Shown piece after piece: positions 12,232-26,377 of a stretch of DNA of 64,000 nt. A model generated the notes under the pieces. That model saw nothing but the letters and a program-made list of their open reading frames with translations, made no database searches and was not told the DNA's origin. The position numbers were made by a program, and so were the translations under genes. Each line of letters begins with the position of its first letter. The first letter of the stretch is position 1. Source of the DNA: Vezdaea acicularis (taxonomy: Eukaryota); the NCBI GenBank assembly GCA_026025075.1, contig JAPEUI010000041.1:1-64000 (forward strand), given 5' to 3'.

Positions 12232-14774
12232 TTAATCTGCATCCTTTTTCGTGAAGCTCTTGTTCTTCCGTAGCCGCCACACCCCTTCACCTAATCTTCT
12301 CTTCTCTCCTGCCTCCCTGACACTGATCAACGGTGTGCTCTTCTTCATCTTTATATCATCTAGAAGTTCTTCTAATTCCAGGGCTTCAGGATCGCAAGCC
12401 CCATGTACACGCTGCTCTTTCCTCTTCTGGGAATTGTACGTCATGGCCTCCGTATAGGCCCAAGTAGGTGTGTCAAGCTTACCACGCACAAGAACCATCT
12501 TTCTTCCCTCCGAGCTAATGTGTTGGAGACTTGAAAGTGGTACTGGCGTCAGCAACTGTAGTTCCTTGTTGGTCGTATCTATGGCGCGGATTAGCGCTAG
12601 ACCGACTGTGTATGACCTCCGAGGATGGAGTGGTTGCATGTGCCGGAGGTATGGGAGACCTTCCTTAGTCCGCTGGACAAGATCCTCCAGTGATGTGTAG
12701 AAGCCAATGCCATCTCCGCCGACCCCTACTTCACCATCTTCATGTTCCGCGTGACTTCTCTCAGTAGTCCCCTCCTCGAGAAGCCGTGAATAGAAACTTG
12801 CCTTAGACTTTGAAGGACCAAAGAATGCCGAGTCAGCCTCCGCAACAACTATGGTAACAACTGATCCATTCAATAAATCAAAAAGCTGGTTAATTTCTAG
12901 TGCTTCATCTTCCAAAACTATGATACCGAAGATTCCGGCATACTTTCCAGCGTATTTGACTATGACGGGCTGGTTTTCTAAAAGCGGAGTGTTATTCCAT
13001 AGGGATGCGCCTTGGGGCTGAAGGTAAGAATGGAAATAAGATATGGATTGCATGATTCTTAGATCCTTTTGGGAGCGAACAAGCTGCTCAATCGGCTGAG
13101 ATGGCAGCTCCCTGAACCTGGCATTGCCACTCGCTTCCTTAATGGCTTGCACCACCTCTTCTGGTCCTTTGATACTCATATAGATAACGGTCGCAGGATC
13201 TGTTTGCTTAATGAGGTCTTTAATTATTTCCAAACCCAACCCTTGTATCCAGCCTGGGCAATTGATCACAAGCGAGCAACCGGGCCTACTCTCTACAAGC
13301 TTTTGATAGTGCAGGATCAGATCCGTTACACTAGCTATGTAGTGAAATGGGTCATCTTTTGGCGTCGTTGCACAAAGTGAATGAGCTCTTATAAGCGCGA
13401 CGCCGGAACTCACTGCGTTGTCTAAGGGATGAGCGATAGGGTGCGAAAATGGTGGCCCAAAAATTGGTGTCTGAACATAAAGCAACGAAATCTGACCCGG
13501 TGCAGAAAACTCAGGCTGACCCAGATCCAGATCCAATAGCGCTACGCCGCATTCCTCCAATGTTTTGTGTAGCAGACCATCGTCGTGACCTTGACGCGCG
13601 CGATAAGTTGTTAGCATCCCGTTGATAAGTAATCGAATGAATGTTGATTTTCCTGAAGCTTGGGGACCACATATGAGCACCTTACGCCGCTTCTTGGCTA
13701 CTTCCAAACATGTTTCAGACAGAAGCGTATTCCAGGCTTCTGGTTGAAGTAAGGGAGCAAGCAGAGTTCGGCCTTTCGCATCAGCTGAAGTTTGGAGCTT
13801 GAGAAAGTCAGCCTTGGGCAACGACTTCAAATCTTGCAACTATACCAAGCTGTACGATTGTGTGCGAATGTTTGTGGAGCTTTTATCGCCTCTCAACTTA
13901 TCGTTAGGGGTTTCATCATCCCAGATATGTGCAAACAAAGGCGACAGCTGCTTCAAACCGACCAAGCCGCTATGAAGTGCCCGCACTTCGACGGAAGATT
14001 CTGGGAGACCATGTCCACCGTCTGAGATCCCCACGATGCAGGGTAGCGAGTGCGTAGAAGGGCAATAGACTTGGTGCCACATCGGCGAAGAGCGAAGTGT
14101 AGCTCCAGTATGCGCAATTACTCCTTGCAGGATGCGAAATTCATATTGACCAAATAATGTCAACGTCTAAGGTCTAGTTAGAAGCCTTCTCCGAGTCACA
14201 TAATTCGGACATACTTCTCCGGCCTTGATCTTGAATAAATGAGCTTTCGAGTCTTCGTTCCATGCCACTGTGGTGGGGCTCGCTTTGAATGTGGAGAAAC
14301 TGTAGATAGGAGCTGGTCCTGACGCGCTCTCATTTGAGGAAAAATTCGGATCGCGACTTCGTACATATTCTCTGTTGATTTAGTACTCTCCCGCCTCTAA
14401 GCAATCAGCAGCTCTCAACATACTCTTCGGAGTCTTCGCTGATCAACGTCTGCCACCCTGGAGTACTACTCTCAGATTCTACACTAGATCCTGTGCCAGC
14501 AAACGAATCGGAAGACTCCTCCGCTTTTCCCGTCTTTAGTTTCCGTTTTTTGAATTGTCTGGGGGCCAAAGGCAACGTGGAGACCTTTTCCGAGGTTTGA
14601 TTGTTGGAGTTGACTCTACCATTCTTGACTTGAGAGGTTGTTGGAAGTTCGGCTTGAAGATGCCTCCTCATGGCCACTGCACTGAATGCAACTCCTTACA
14701 GGCGTTAGCTATCTCGAAACTTCATAATCCATTTTTGTTCGTTTACCATTTTCTTTCTGATTTTGCCTCATCAT
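12232..14774 (-). CDS. GRC3: Polynucleotide 5'-hydroxyl kinase Grc3/Nol9 (Clp1 family), multi-exon
   Basis: P-loop ICGPQASGKST, LDLDLGQPEFS, INCPGWIQGLG, C-terminal GLALIRAID..LQLLTP; upstream exons linked by GT-AG introns; start codon approximate. Confidence 0.9.
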
Positions 14775-15010
14775 AGCATCATTATTCAAAGCTAATGGTG
14801 GATATTGCCAGAGATTGTTCCTCGTTTGAACCATTCACTAAAGGAAGTTTTTCGCGAGAAGCGAAGCGAGATGTCGCGGAGATCTTCGATCCATGGGATC
14901 TGCATTTTGGAATTTCCAAGAAACGTTATAGTTGAGACAATGGCGCATATGTTAGTGATACCTAACAGAATGGACCTTAAAATATAGTCTTGAGTTTCTA
15001 TTCCTTTGAA

Positions 15011-16771
15011 ATGGGCCCCTCTGCCCTACTAAGCCGCCAGAAGCCGAGCAAAGGACGGAAATCTTCTACTGCTAATAAAGTAACTCCAAAGTTCATCAGC
15101 GACGAGTATGTGGCCGATAGTGACGAAGAAGGAGAGCTTGACGGAGCAACAATCCCTCAATTTAAAGGTTCTACAAAGAGTACGGAAGAGCATAACAGGA
15201 AAAACAAAAGGAAAACTCACATAATCAAAAGCATTAAAGATCGGGTTGGGGAGCGGACGGAGAACGAGGGAGATGAGACCGAGGGGAGCACAGATAAAAG
15301 TCAATCTGAAAACCCAAAGAATCTCGCCAACGGCTCCAAGAACATTCAGACCAGACGGCAAAAGAGCAAGACTTCTGCTGGATTGTCAAGCAGTGAATCC
15401 AGCTCAGAAGCGAGTGGCGGTCATACTGAATCTCAAAGCGAGGAGGATGAGAGGGACACTTTACCGCAAAGTGCTCAGACTACTTTACTGTCAGCATTGT
15501 ACTAGACGTATGCGTTGTTGACACGCTGACAGCATGTAGAGCACAAGCTAGTGGGTCTGCGCTCACTTCAACAGCCATAGAACCCACACCGTATGAGCCT
15601 CCCTCTGGCTTTCGACTGCTTACCTCGGCCTCAAGTTCCAGTCTACAAACTTTAGGCTTATTGTCTAGGTCGAGCCTCAAGAATAAGCAACTATGGCATA
15701 TTACGGCCCCACCGTCAGTGCCCATTGGTTTAGTGCAAGAACTATCAACCGAGAGCATACGAGGTGGCAAGGTCGTGCTGTCTTACAATAAATCGGACTA
15801 TGAGTTTAAAACCTGCAACAAGAGGACGCAGGATGAAGCTTTACTTCTTATTCCTGACGGGACCGATGATCTCTACAAAGCAGGTGATTACAAACTTTGC
15901 GCGTGTAAGTTGATGCGGCCACAATTTGCTAATAGCTTGTCTAGCCTCGTTGAGCTTCGAACATACTCTTCATTTGCAACAACAGTTAGGCCTGCAGGAC
16001 TTCTCAAAAATACACACAACTTCGCAGATTACAAAGGTGCCAATCAAGAAGCCCACTTGCTCGCAGCCGGAAGGTCTGAAGCTGCGCTTTCTACCTTTCG
16101 GCACCGCTCATGAAGACCTAACAGTCATGGATTCCACTTCGTCTCCCTCTAAACACAGCACTAGGATTAACCAAGTTTTAAAGCATGAATCTCCTCGTAA
16201 AAGGCACAGGCACCACAGAGAACATCAATCTCACTTAGAGGTTGAAAGCTCAACTATTTCAAGCAAACAGTATCAACATCTTTCGAATGAAGCAGAGGAT
16301 AGTAGCCTTGACATTGAGATAATTGATCTATCAGAGGCACAACAAGCAAAAAAGCTCGGAAGTGTGACTGAGAGCACACAAAAGAAACGTAAATATAACC
16401 AAGGTCATGTCGAACATAGCGAATGGTCCGAGACTCACTCTAATTTGAGGGTGGATCATGCTAGGGATCATGAAAGTCGCCTTCGACTCAACGGAAACAA
16501 ATCGAAACAGGAACAGACCAATGGAGATGGAGCTGCTTACCACATGGAGGCTGACCAGGCACGGAAGCCTCAGGAACGGAAGCGGAAGAAAGAGAGGAAG
16601 AGAATCGAGGAGGCTGAGGAGGGCTCGGTATTCGGTAATGGGTTTGGCTTAACTGAACCTGATAGCGAGAAGGGCATTAAGCAAGAAGTACAGACTTCAC
16701 AGCTCACACCAGTGGTGCAAATGGCCCACAGAAAGGAAAAAAAGAGAAGGGAAAAAGATCCCGTTAGTTAG
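15011..16771 (+). CDS. RPA34: RNA polymerase I subunit A34.5 (Rpa34), 3 exons
   Basis: PYEPPSGF, KQLWHITAPPSVPI, QPEGLKLRFLPFG motifs and Lys-rich tail; introns near 15499-15539 (donor uncertain) and ~15884-15944. Confidence 0.85.
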
Positions 16772-17120
16772 AAGAATAAAGGAATAATGGAGACTCTTTG
16801 CGAAGGATTAAGTCGAAATACCTTGTAGAACTAAAATTCGTAATTATCGATTGGCCAATGCCAAGCCCCTGTGTTGATTGGAAGGTTTGCAGCTTTAGCG
16901 CGGGGCACTTTTCTGGAACGCCACAAAGCGAAATCCTATCAAGAACTTCGCATAGGTTTTGTTGCTCCCTATATGTGTCACAGCTACACGGCAACGTCCT
17001 CTCTACAAATCCTGAATCTGACAATTTTGAAAGACTGAAAGCCTGATCCACTCTAAGTCTTCTCTCACTGCACGCATAAGTAGTTCAAATTCTATAATCG
17101 ACTCCCTTATTGTGCCATCC

Positions 17121-18774
17121 ATGGAGGCCGCAAAGATGGTACCTGTCAATGGAGGATCAAGTGAGGTCCATACTCCGAATGGCACGGCCCATTACGCGCT
17201 ACCACTCTCTCATCAAGATGTGAGCTGCTACCAGAGAAAGTTATACACAATGAAGACAATGAATACTAATGGTAGTGATAGCTACTCGAAAAGTCTTTGA
17301 AAGAGACAGACCCCGAGATTGCGGATATCATGGTGCGAAATCTCTGATAACCTAATTATCTATTCTAGATTCCTATACTGATTCTTCCACAGGCTAAAGA
17401 AATTCAGCGTCAACGGGAGTCAATTTCACTAATTGCTTCTGAGAATTTTACCTCACGAGCGGTCTTTGATGCTCTAGGCTCTCCAATGTCAAATAAGTAT
17501 TCGGAGGGCTATCCCGGGGCTCGGTATTATGGAGGGAACGAGCATATAGATACCATCGAACTGACATGCCAAGCCCGAGCCCTTACGGCGTACCACCTAG
17601 ATGCGGCGAAATGGGGCGTTAATGTTCAATGCCTCAGTGGGACACCGGCCAACTTGCAAGTATATCAAGCCGTCATGAGGCCACATGATCGTCTGATGGG
17701 CCTTGATCTGCCACATGGTGGTCACCTAAGCCATGGCTATCAGACACCTCAAAAGAAGTATATACTATCTTGACATTTCTCAAAGGTCCTATGGTTAACT
17801 ATGTGTCTAGGATTTCTGCCGTTTCAACTTATTTCGAGACCTTCCCATTCAGAGTGGATCTCAATACAGGTATCATTGATTATGATCAGTTAGAGCAGAA
17901 CGCTCTTATGTACCGGCCAAAAGTCATCGTTGCTGGACCTTCAGCTTACTGCCGCTTGATTGACTATAAACGTATGCGAGAAATTGCAGACGCCTGTGGA
18001 GCTTACCTAATGGCCGACATCGCTCATATCTCAGGTCTCGTCGCTGCTGGCGTCATCCCATCACCCTTTGAACATGCGGACATCGTCACTACTACGACAC
18101 ACAAATCGCTCCGTGGTCCCCGTGGGGCAATGATATTTTTTCGGAAGGGGGTGCGAAGGACTGATACAAAGACTGGAAAGGAGACACTCTACGATCTTGA
18201 GGGTCCGATAAACTTTTCGGTCTTTCCAGGTCACCAAGGCGGACCTCATAATCATACTATTACTGCTCTAGCGGTTGCGCTGAAGCAAGCAGCGTCGCCA
18301 GACTTCAAGCTATATCAAGAGCAAGTCATTAGAAATGCAAAGGCTCTGGAGACACACTTCAAGAAACTGGATTACAAGCTTGTGGGCAACGGCACAGATA
18401 CCCACATGATTCTCGTGGATCTAAGGCCAAAGGGACTCGATGGCGCTCGTGTCGAAGCCGTACTCGAGCAGGCAAACATCTCCTTAAACAAAAACTCTAT
18501 TCCTGGTGACAAGTCTGCCTTGACCCCTTGTGGTATTCGAATTGGCGCTCCGGCAATGACAAGTCGGGGTCTTAGTGAAGAAGATTTCATCAAGATTGCG
18601 AACTATATTGACAAGCTGATCACTATCACCAAAGATATTCAATCAAGCTTGCCAAAAGAGGCCAACAAGTTGAAGGATTTCAAATCGAAGGTCGCAAGTG
18701 GTAAAATACCCGAGATACTCGAATTGAAGAAGGAGATCGCGGCATGGGCTGGCAGCTTCCCTCTTCCGGGATAA
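17121..18774 (+). CDS. SHM2: Serine hydroxymethyltransferase, cytosolic type
   Basis: [32 protein letters not shown]-lysine motif [23 protein letters not shown]; no mitochondrial presequence; three introns. Confidence 0.97.
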
Positions 18775-19040
18775 TTTGCTTTAAACACATGTGTCCTTGA
18801 CATTGAATCGTTTGTTTGATGACTCGATGCATCCGGAACCGTTCAACAGGAGTTCCTTGCACTTGCCGGCGTTCTGAGCATAGACGGTTCGTTTCAACAC
18901 AAAAGTGTACCTAAAACTGTTATATAACCTTAATGATGCTTTCTACTGAAGCCTTAGTGAGTTGACGCCTGTATAGGCTTGCTAGTTTGTCCTGTGCTCC
19001 TAAAATTGTCTTCTCTCCTTAGGCGGAAGTTCTTGCGGTT

Positions 19041-19400
19041 CTAGACGCCCACCCCCTGCCCGGCGTCCTTCAGCCTCTCCATCGTTTCCCTCTTCTCTTG
19101 CACCTGCATTTCCAGCTCCCTTATTTCCTCTTCTTGATCCTTCAACGTTCTATCCATATCTGGTAGCCCATTCACCGCTTGCCTTGCTTTCTGAAGACGA
19201 ATCTTAATTGAGGACGCCTCTGTCGCAAGGTGTTGCGGGTCGAGCTCAGTTGGTGCGGCTGTGCTGAGAGAGTGTTGTGAGTTACCTGCCGGGGGTAGAA
19301 GGCGCGAGAGAAGAGTGTGTAGTGGAGAGAGTATATCCAGTACGTCCGGAGGTGGAAGAGGGACAGGTAGAGGTGTCATAGATGATGCAGGGTCGGACAT
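19041..19400 (-). CDS. MED9: Mediator subunit 9 (Med9/Cse2)
   Basis: PPPDVLDILSPLHTLLSRL..IKIRLQKARQAVNGLPDMDRTLKDQEEEIRELE is typical of Med9. Confidence 0.85.
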   Translation of the reverse strand: MSDPASSMTPLPVPLPPPDVLDILSPLHTLLSRLLPPAGNSQHSLSTAAPTELDPQHLATEASSIKIRLQKARQAVNGLPDMDRTLKDQEEEIRELEMQVQEKRETMERLKDAGQGVGV

Positions 19401-19877
19401 CTTGAGGGGCTCCAATTGAATTACACAATTCAATCGTCCTAGCTTACTATGTCAAGCCAAGACAAAATATAATTCTTATGCTTTATGATGGAAGGATCTT
19501 CCGGGCCATTTGGAGTTTGTGCATTAGGATCGAGCAAAGACATCCGATCAAGCAGTCGAGCTTATCAACGGCTTGGTAGAAATGACGTTCGCTTCGTCTA
19601 AAAAGTTTTTGGCGATTGTATTGCTTTTGACGAGACTGAGATAAATTACCCCTCCAAATACCCCGCCACTTCCACCTTTTCTCCACGGCAAATCTGAGAG
19701 AATTCTCAACCAATCACCAGTTCAGAGGAACAAAGCGTATGTGGAACTACTTTTCTAGAAGTCGAAGAGATAGATTGCATTGGGGATCCGCTTTTCAAGT
19801 TCTCACAGCTTCTAATAGGTGTTAACTAGAACCTTGCAGGTCCCTCAACACTCTTGAACGACAAAAATAAGGCTAAT

Positions 19878-21557
19878 ATGGTCAAAGTCGAGCAGAGAGC
19901 GGTGCTCATAGTTATTGATGGATGGGGGATCCCAAGCGAAGCCTCCCCCAAAGATGGAGATGCAATTGCTGCTGCTGAGACCCCCGTAATGGATGACTTC
20001 AAGGCTAAGGACTCGAAGACTGCTCAAGGCTACACAGAGCTGGAGGCCTCGTCCCTGGCGGTAGGGCTACCAGAAGGGCTCATGGGCAACAGTGAGGTCG
20101 GGCACCTGAACATTGGTGCTGGCAGGGTCGTATGGCAAGATGTGGTTAGAATTGACCAGACGCTAAAGAAGGGCGAGTTGAACAAGGTTGAAAACATCAT
20201 GAAGTCTTTTGAGCGAGCAAAGAACGGCAACGGGCGTCTTCATTTGCTAGGCTTGATCTCAGATGGCGGTGTACATTCACATATAAACCATCTGTTCGGA
20301 TTGCTGCAGGTTGCGAAAGAGGTTGGAGTGCCAAAAATATACATTCATTTCTTTGGCGATGGTCGGGACACAGATCCAAAGTCAGGAGCAGGGTATATGC
20401 AACAATTATTGGAGAAGACAAAGGAACTTGGTGTGGGTGAGCTTGCGACTGTTGTGGGGAGGTACTATATTATGGACAGGGATAAGAGGTGGGAGAGGGT
20501 CGAGATTGGCATGAAAGGAGTGGTCTTGGGAGAAGGAGAAGATAGCACTGATCCGGTGAAGACAATCAAAGAGAGATATGAGAATGGTGAGAATGATGAG
20601 TTTCTGAAACCAATCATCGTTGGTGGGAAAGAACGTCGAGTCCAGGGTATGATTATGACGTTGACTTGCCATTTTGGCCATTCTTGCTGATGATTGACCA
20701 TTTTAGACGACGACACGCTCTTCTTCTTTAACTATCGTTCGGACCGTGTTCGAGAAATAACCCAGCTTCTCGGCGATGTCGACCGTTCCCCAAGACCTGA
20801 CTTTCCATATCCTAAGAATATCAGTATAACTACAATGACCCAGTACAAGACAGACTATCCATTCCCAATCGCCTTTGCACCTCAGCATATGGGCAATGTG
20901 CTGGCAGAATGGCTCGGAAAGCAAGGTGTAAAGCAATGCCACGTTGCAGAAACGGAGAAATATGCTCATGTCACCTTCTTCTTCAACGGCGGTGTGGAGA
21001 AGCAATTCCCCGGTGAAGAAAGAGAAATGATCTCCTCACCAAAAGTAGCAACTTACGACCTTGACCCCAAAATGAGCGCTGCTGGAGTGGCTGATAAGCT
21101 TTGTGAGAGGATTAGTGAGAAGAAATTTGAGTTTTTGATGAACAATTTTGCCCCGCCTGATATGGTCGGCCACACTGGCGTATATAAAGCGGCTATACAG
21201 GGTGTAGCGGCAACAGACAAAGCTATTGGCCAAGTATATGAGTGTTGCAAGAAGGAGGGATATGTACTGTTTGTGACGGCCGACCATGGGTAAGTAACTC
21301 TTGACCCCTTTCTCGGACACTTCTAACGAGCGATGCATCATAGTAACGCAGAGGAGATGTTGACTGAAACAGGGGGCACTCCTAAGACCTCCCACACCAC
21401 TAACAAAGTCCCATTTGTGATGGCCAATGCGCCAAAAGGCTGGGGTTTGAAGAAAAAAGACGGTGTTCTTGGAGACGTCGCGCCAACGGTGCTCGATGCA
21501 ATGGGTCTAGAGCAGCCGAAGGAGATGAGTGGTCAAAGCTTATTGATAAAAGGATAA
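19878..21557 (+). CDS. gpmI: 2,3-bisphosphoglycerate-independent phosphoglycerate mutase (iPGM)
   Basis: VIDGWG, catalytic MGNSEVGH, GGVHSH, AETEKYAHVTFF, DMVGHTG, TADHGN; two coding introns plus a likely 5'UTR intron 19737-19839. Confidence 0.97.
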
Positions 21558-21990
21558 TGGCCTCAATTCAGGTGTGGAGAAACCATTAATTAAGATCAAG
21601 CCAAATAGATAGATTAGGCCGCTCCCCTTTTCCACATATTTCATACATGGGGGGGCTCCCTTAGATTCGTGCGGCTTCATTCGTAGTACGGGTTCATTCA
21701 GGTTATGTGTCAATATCTTGGCGATCCGGTTCGAAGCTGATGAAATTAAACATTGGCCCTAGAGATCTTTTGCTATACCTCATAGAAAGGTAAGTGAGAT
21801 CGCTCGAAGAGGCTGGATGTGTTCGTGATATCGGCGCTCAAGCTTCCGAAAAGCTTGCCGAGAAGTTCTCTTGGGAAGGGAAAAAATATCCCGACCCTAC
21901 AAGCATTCCATAGAGGATTCAAGCCAGTAATCCCGATTGCAGGTGCCGCGTCTTCGTGTATGGTTCCTAAAGTATTGATCAGTTGGTGTC

Positions 21991-23288
21991 ATGGTAGAAG
22001 ATAACAGCGACTCGTCTTGTGATGAGGATGCAGGCGTCAGTGAGACTAGTGTCCTTCTGGGGTACGCTTCAGAAGAACCAACAGAAGACTCCATCAGCCA
22101 ACTAGGAGGCATTCCGGTAAGTTTCGTTGTATCCTCAAAGCTTTTGAACTAGCTAACAACTTAGTCAAGACATGGCTCGACGAGGACTCGAAACCAAATG
22201 GGCGTTTTGCAAGATGTATCGTATGTCACGAGCCAATGGTGCTTTTACTACAAATAGACGGGAGTCTCCCGAAACATTTTCCTAGTCACGAGAGAAGACT
22301 GTATATTTTCTCGTGCAAGAGAAATACGTGCAAGCGGAAAGAGGGAAGCGTTAGGGCAATCAGAGCTGTCCGGACCTCTACAATATCGCAATCAAAAGCC
22401 GAGCAGACAGACGATACAGCAAAAAAAGCGGAGGAAAGGGCTACGGAAAAGCCTTTTTTGAATTTAGGAGAGACATTATTTGGGTCAAGGCTGCGAACTC
22501 CCGAAGCTGGGGCTGCAAGTCTCTTTTCAAATTCCTCTAAAGCTGCTTTTAATCCGTTTGCGACAACAGCCTCAAAGCCAAGCGGACCTTCGTCTTTTAC
22601 TACAACATCGGCGAAAGACCTTCCTGCCACATTTGCAGAGAAAGCTTCCATCTCAGAGGCACAACCGACGCAAAAGCCATCTGATAGGGAAGTCTTTCAT
22701 GAAGCATGGCCACCCGCAAGCGAATTCCCGAGCCCATTTCTGGTATATCAGCTCGATGCTGAACTTGAGACTCTCCAAGTCCAACCAGCACCCCATACAC
22801 CCCCTAAAACAATAATCGAGGTTGATGATCCAGCCAAGGGTGTAAATTCTAAAGAGGACAAGATGCTGTTTGAGAGTACACTAGACTCTACATTTCAGAA
22901 ATTTGCAGATCGCCTTGCGCAGAACCCCGAGCAGGTTCTACGCTATGAATTTGGCGGTTCGCCCCTTCTATACTCAAAGGAGGATTCAGTAGGGAGAGCG
23001 TTTAGCAACTCCCAACATGTATCCTCCAAAGTCAAGACGGTGACTCAGGGCCCCACGCCGTGTCCTAACTGCGGAAGAAAGAGGGTGTTTGAGCTTCAGC
23101 TCACCCCTCATGCTATAGTCGAGCTAGAGGGAGACAACATAGACCTGAATGGGATGGATTGGGGCACTATAATTCTTGCAGTATGTTCAGAGGATTGCTT
23201 GCCCAAGGACTATGTGGCTGGAAGTGTCAGCTATCTGGACGAATGGATAGGGGTCCAATGGGAAGACCTAGGGAAGCAAAAGTCTTGA
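21991..23288 (+). CDS. TSR4: PDCD2/Tsr4 family 40S biogenesis chaperone
   Basis: VLLGYA..SQLGGIP|TWL..C..C..MVLLLQ, ERRLYIFSC, QNPEQVLRYEFGGSPL, CPNCG.KRVFELQLTP, MDWGTI. Confidence 0.92.
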
Positions 23289-23454
23289 GCGGGCGGATAT
23301 TACGATGATTTTAACGTCTTACTGGGACATACAAGGGAATTTTTAGACTAGCATATTCAAGGGGCGATTGTGTAATTTTTAGATGCCTTGCACACAGATT
23401 GGGTCAGTTAAATCACACGGGCAAGGTCTGCTTTGAAAATTTTGCCGTGTCACG

Positions 23455-24072
23455 TTATCCTACCACCTGTGAAGCGCTACTCTGCTGTTGCTGTTGCATC
23501 TGAGTCTGTAATTGAAAGACCTGGAAGCACTATCAGCCATGGCGGAATCCAAATTATAGCTACGCTTGACCACAAACCTGCATCTTCTTCTTTTCGCTTT
23601 GTATTTGTGTATCTGAGATCTGCTTCTCGACTCTCTTTCTGTGTTGATTATCAGAAAGGCTGCTGTGAACAGAGAACAATCACTCGACGCACATCTCCTT
23701 GTCAATAAACTCGAGCCTTCCATCAACGGCCATGACAGCCTCCGTTTTCTCCTCCTTTAGCAATACAGGGCCGACAAGTTTATATATGTTCGCGCCATCG
23801 TTCAACAATTTGAACTCCTTAATTACAGCCATTAGGTTTCCCCAGTGCTCTGATGGTGATCTTGGAGCGAATGCGAATGAACGGACCTTCTGTACCCCCC
23901 TGTTCTCCTGTTGTTGCGATTCGAGCTTCTGGCGAGCCTCTATTATTGATTGTAATTCTAAACATTATTAAAGGTCAAGCATGATTAAAAGATTTTAATA
24001 GCCTTTCCCACCAGTTTGTAGCTTTTGGTAGTCATCTGAGAGAGCTTGCAGTTTCTTCTGATCTTCCGACAT
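23455..24072 (-). CDS. PFD6: Prefoldin subunit 6 (Yke2/Gim1), 5 exons
   Basis: Spliced MSEDQKKLQALSDDYQKLQT|ELQSIIEARQKLESQQQENRGVQK|EFKLLNDGANIYKLVGPVLLKEE..VDGRLEFIDKEI|..; not captured by the ORF track. Confidence 0.92.
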
Positions 24073-24485
24073 CCTTGGGTGGATTTAAGAATGGTTGTGG
24101 TTTTCTGAGCTGCTGTAGCAAACATGACCTTGTGTGAAGGTGGGATGGTGGGGCGAGAGCGCCAAGCTTCCGAGAAAGCATCACTGGTAGCATCATTACC
24201 GCAACCTTGAGCCCTTGAGCCACCTCTCTGAGCGTCAAATTTGCCGATTTCCGGACCTATCTCACGTCGGAATTCTTTGTCCTATGCCTCCCCGAGGTCA
24301 TTATCAACCATATACTACTCATTAGGCGCCTTACTTTCGTCTAGTTAGCTTCTCATCCTACCGCCACTTCTACCCCGTAAAGCCAGTTCAATCGATATAC
24401 TCCTGCCTAGTCAGAATCTGGTTTGGCTGGGGTACACATTATTTGCCTATCTAGCTGCTGTCTTTGAGTTTGCAAAGACGTCAAT

Positions 24486-26112
24486 ATGAGCAACACGGAT
24501 TTCCTTGGTCGCGCGATCGACGTTGTGAAGAAGGCGATTGAGCATGACACAGCCGGAGAATATGAGAAGGCATATCAATTATACTACCAATCATGTAAGA
24601 AGTCTAATCAGAGATGCGGGACTTGAAGCTCTTGCTGACTTTTCTATTCCACGTAGTAGAGCTTTTTATGCTGGCATTGAAATGTAGGAACTCATAGGAA
24701 CTACATATTACAACACAGTTGACAAATCGTTTGATGCAGGGGAGAAGAATGCAAAATCGAAGGAGATGATAAGGGCAAAGGCGGCGGAATATATGGAACG
24801 AGCAGAAAAATTAAAGAATCATCTCACGGGCGAAGATAAAGGAACTCGGAAAAAACCGAGTGCCGTAGGAGCCAACGGGAAAGCGACAGGCGGTTCAGGG
24901 AAGGGGGGGAAGTACGTCCCTTTCTTGCATATGGGGGAGCGTTAATGCACTTCTGTCTTCGTAGGTAATGCTAATTGCTGTTTTCATAGGGGTGATGATG
25001 ACGATGAGGAGTTAGATGCGGAGTCAAAGAAGCTTCGCGGAGCACTTCAAGGGGCTATCCTCTCAGATAAACCAAACATTCGATGGGAGGATGTTGCCGG
25101 CCTTGAGGGAGCAAAAGAAGCCTTGAAGGAAGCAGTTATATTGCCTATCAAGTTTCCACATCTATTTACTGGAAAACGGCAACCGTGGAGAGGCATCCTA
25201 CTCTACGGCCCACCCGGAACAGGTAAAAGTTACCTCGCAAAAGCAGTAGCAACGGAGGCAAACAGCACCTTCTTTAGTGTCAGCAGCAGTGACCTTGTGT
25301 CAAAATGGATGGGCGAGAGTGAAAGGTGAGCACCATAAACGTTTGCAAGAAATTGGGCACTCTGATCTTTCAAAGATTGGTGAAACAACTCTTCAACATG
25401 GCACGCGAAAACAAACCTTCTATCATCTTCATAGACGAAGTTGACGCTCTTTGCGGACCTCGAGGCGAAGGCGAATCTGAAGCATCACGACGAATCAAGA
25501 CAGAACTGCTGGTGCAAATGGACGGAGTCGGACGAGACTCAACGGGTGTTCTCATACTTGGCGCTACAAATATCCCTTGGCAACTCGACGCTGCAATTCG
25601 ACGACGATTCCAAAGGCGAGTGCATATCAGCTTGCCAGACATGCCTGGTCGTATGAAAATGTTTGAAATGTCGGTTGGAAACACTCCATGCGAGTTGAAG
25701 TCAAGCGACTTCAAAACTCTAGGCCAAATGAGTGAAGGGTATTCAGGAAGTGATATTAGCATTGCTGTACAAGACGCATTGATGCAGCCTGTCAGGAAAA
25801 TTCAGACAGCTACGCACTACAAAAAGGTAGGTGATCCAAAGCTGTTTCTCTAACGGCGTTCAAGGGCTAGTGGCTGATTCGCTCCTGCAGGTGAACGTAA
25901 ATGGTGAAGAGAAGCTTACACCCTGCTCGCCCGGTGACCCCGGTGCCATTGAGATGACTTGGACCGAAGTCGACTCAGAAAAGCTCTTAGAACCTCCACT
26001 TGTTCTGAAGGACTTCATAAAGGCGGTAAAAGGGGCGCGTCCAACAGTCAGCGTAGAAGATATCAAACGTAGTGATGAGTGGACCAAGGAATTCGGGAGC
26101 GAAGGTGCTTAG
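24486..26112 (+). CDS. VPS4: AAA ATPase Vps4 (MIT + AAA + Vps4_C)
   Basis: [14 protein letters not shown] start, [36 protein letters not shown]-terminal EFGSEGA. Confidence 0.98.
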
Positions 26113-26377
26113 AGGATACAAGGGGCTTCATTTGATGATCTGGGGTGAAGTGATCTCCGCATATCATAGCGCGGCGTTCCAGGGTTCACGAGTGACAAGT
26201 ACCCCTATAGAAATGCTTGACCTAACCTCCTGAATCATTGCTACGCCTCTGCTGACCATTTTCTTGGCGGCAGACTGACACCCAATCTATGAGTGTGGCA
26301 TGATGGTCATCATTCTAAACTGATTGATGGGACTTAGTTCATTGACCTATAGTCTGTAGTATCGAGCTCCCTTTTCT

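Noticed and set aside
18812..18880. TGATGA...CTGA pair downstream of SHMT as a possible snoRNA
   Set aside because: No recognisable rRNA-complementary guide; lies in the presumed 3'UTR
17121..21557. SHMT and iPGM near each other as a serine/3-phosphoglycerate cluster
   Set aside because: Separated by MED9, both are housekeeping genes, and no other pathway genes are nearby
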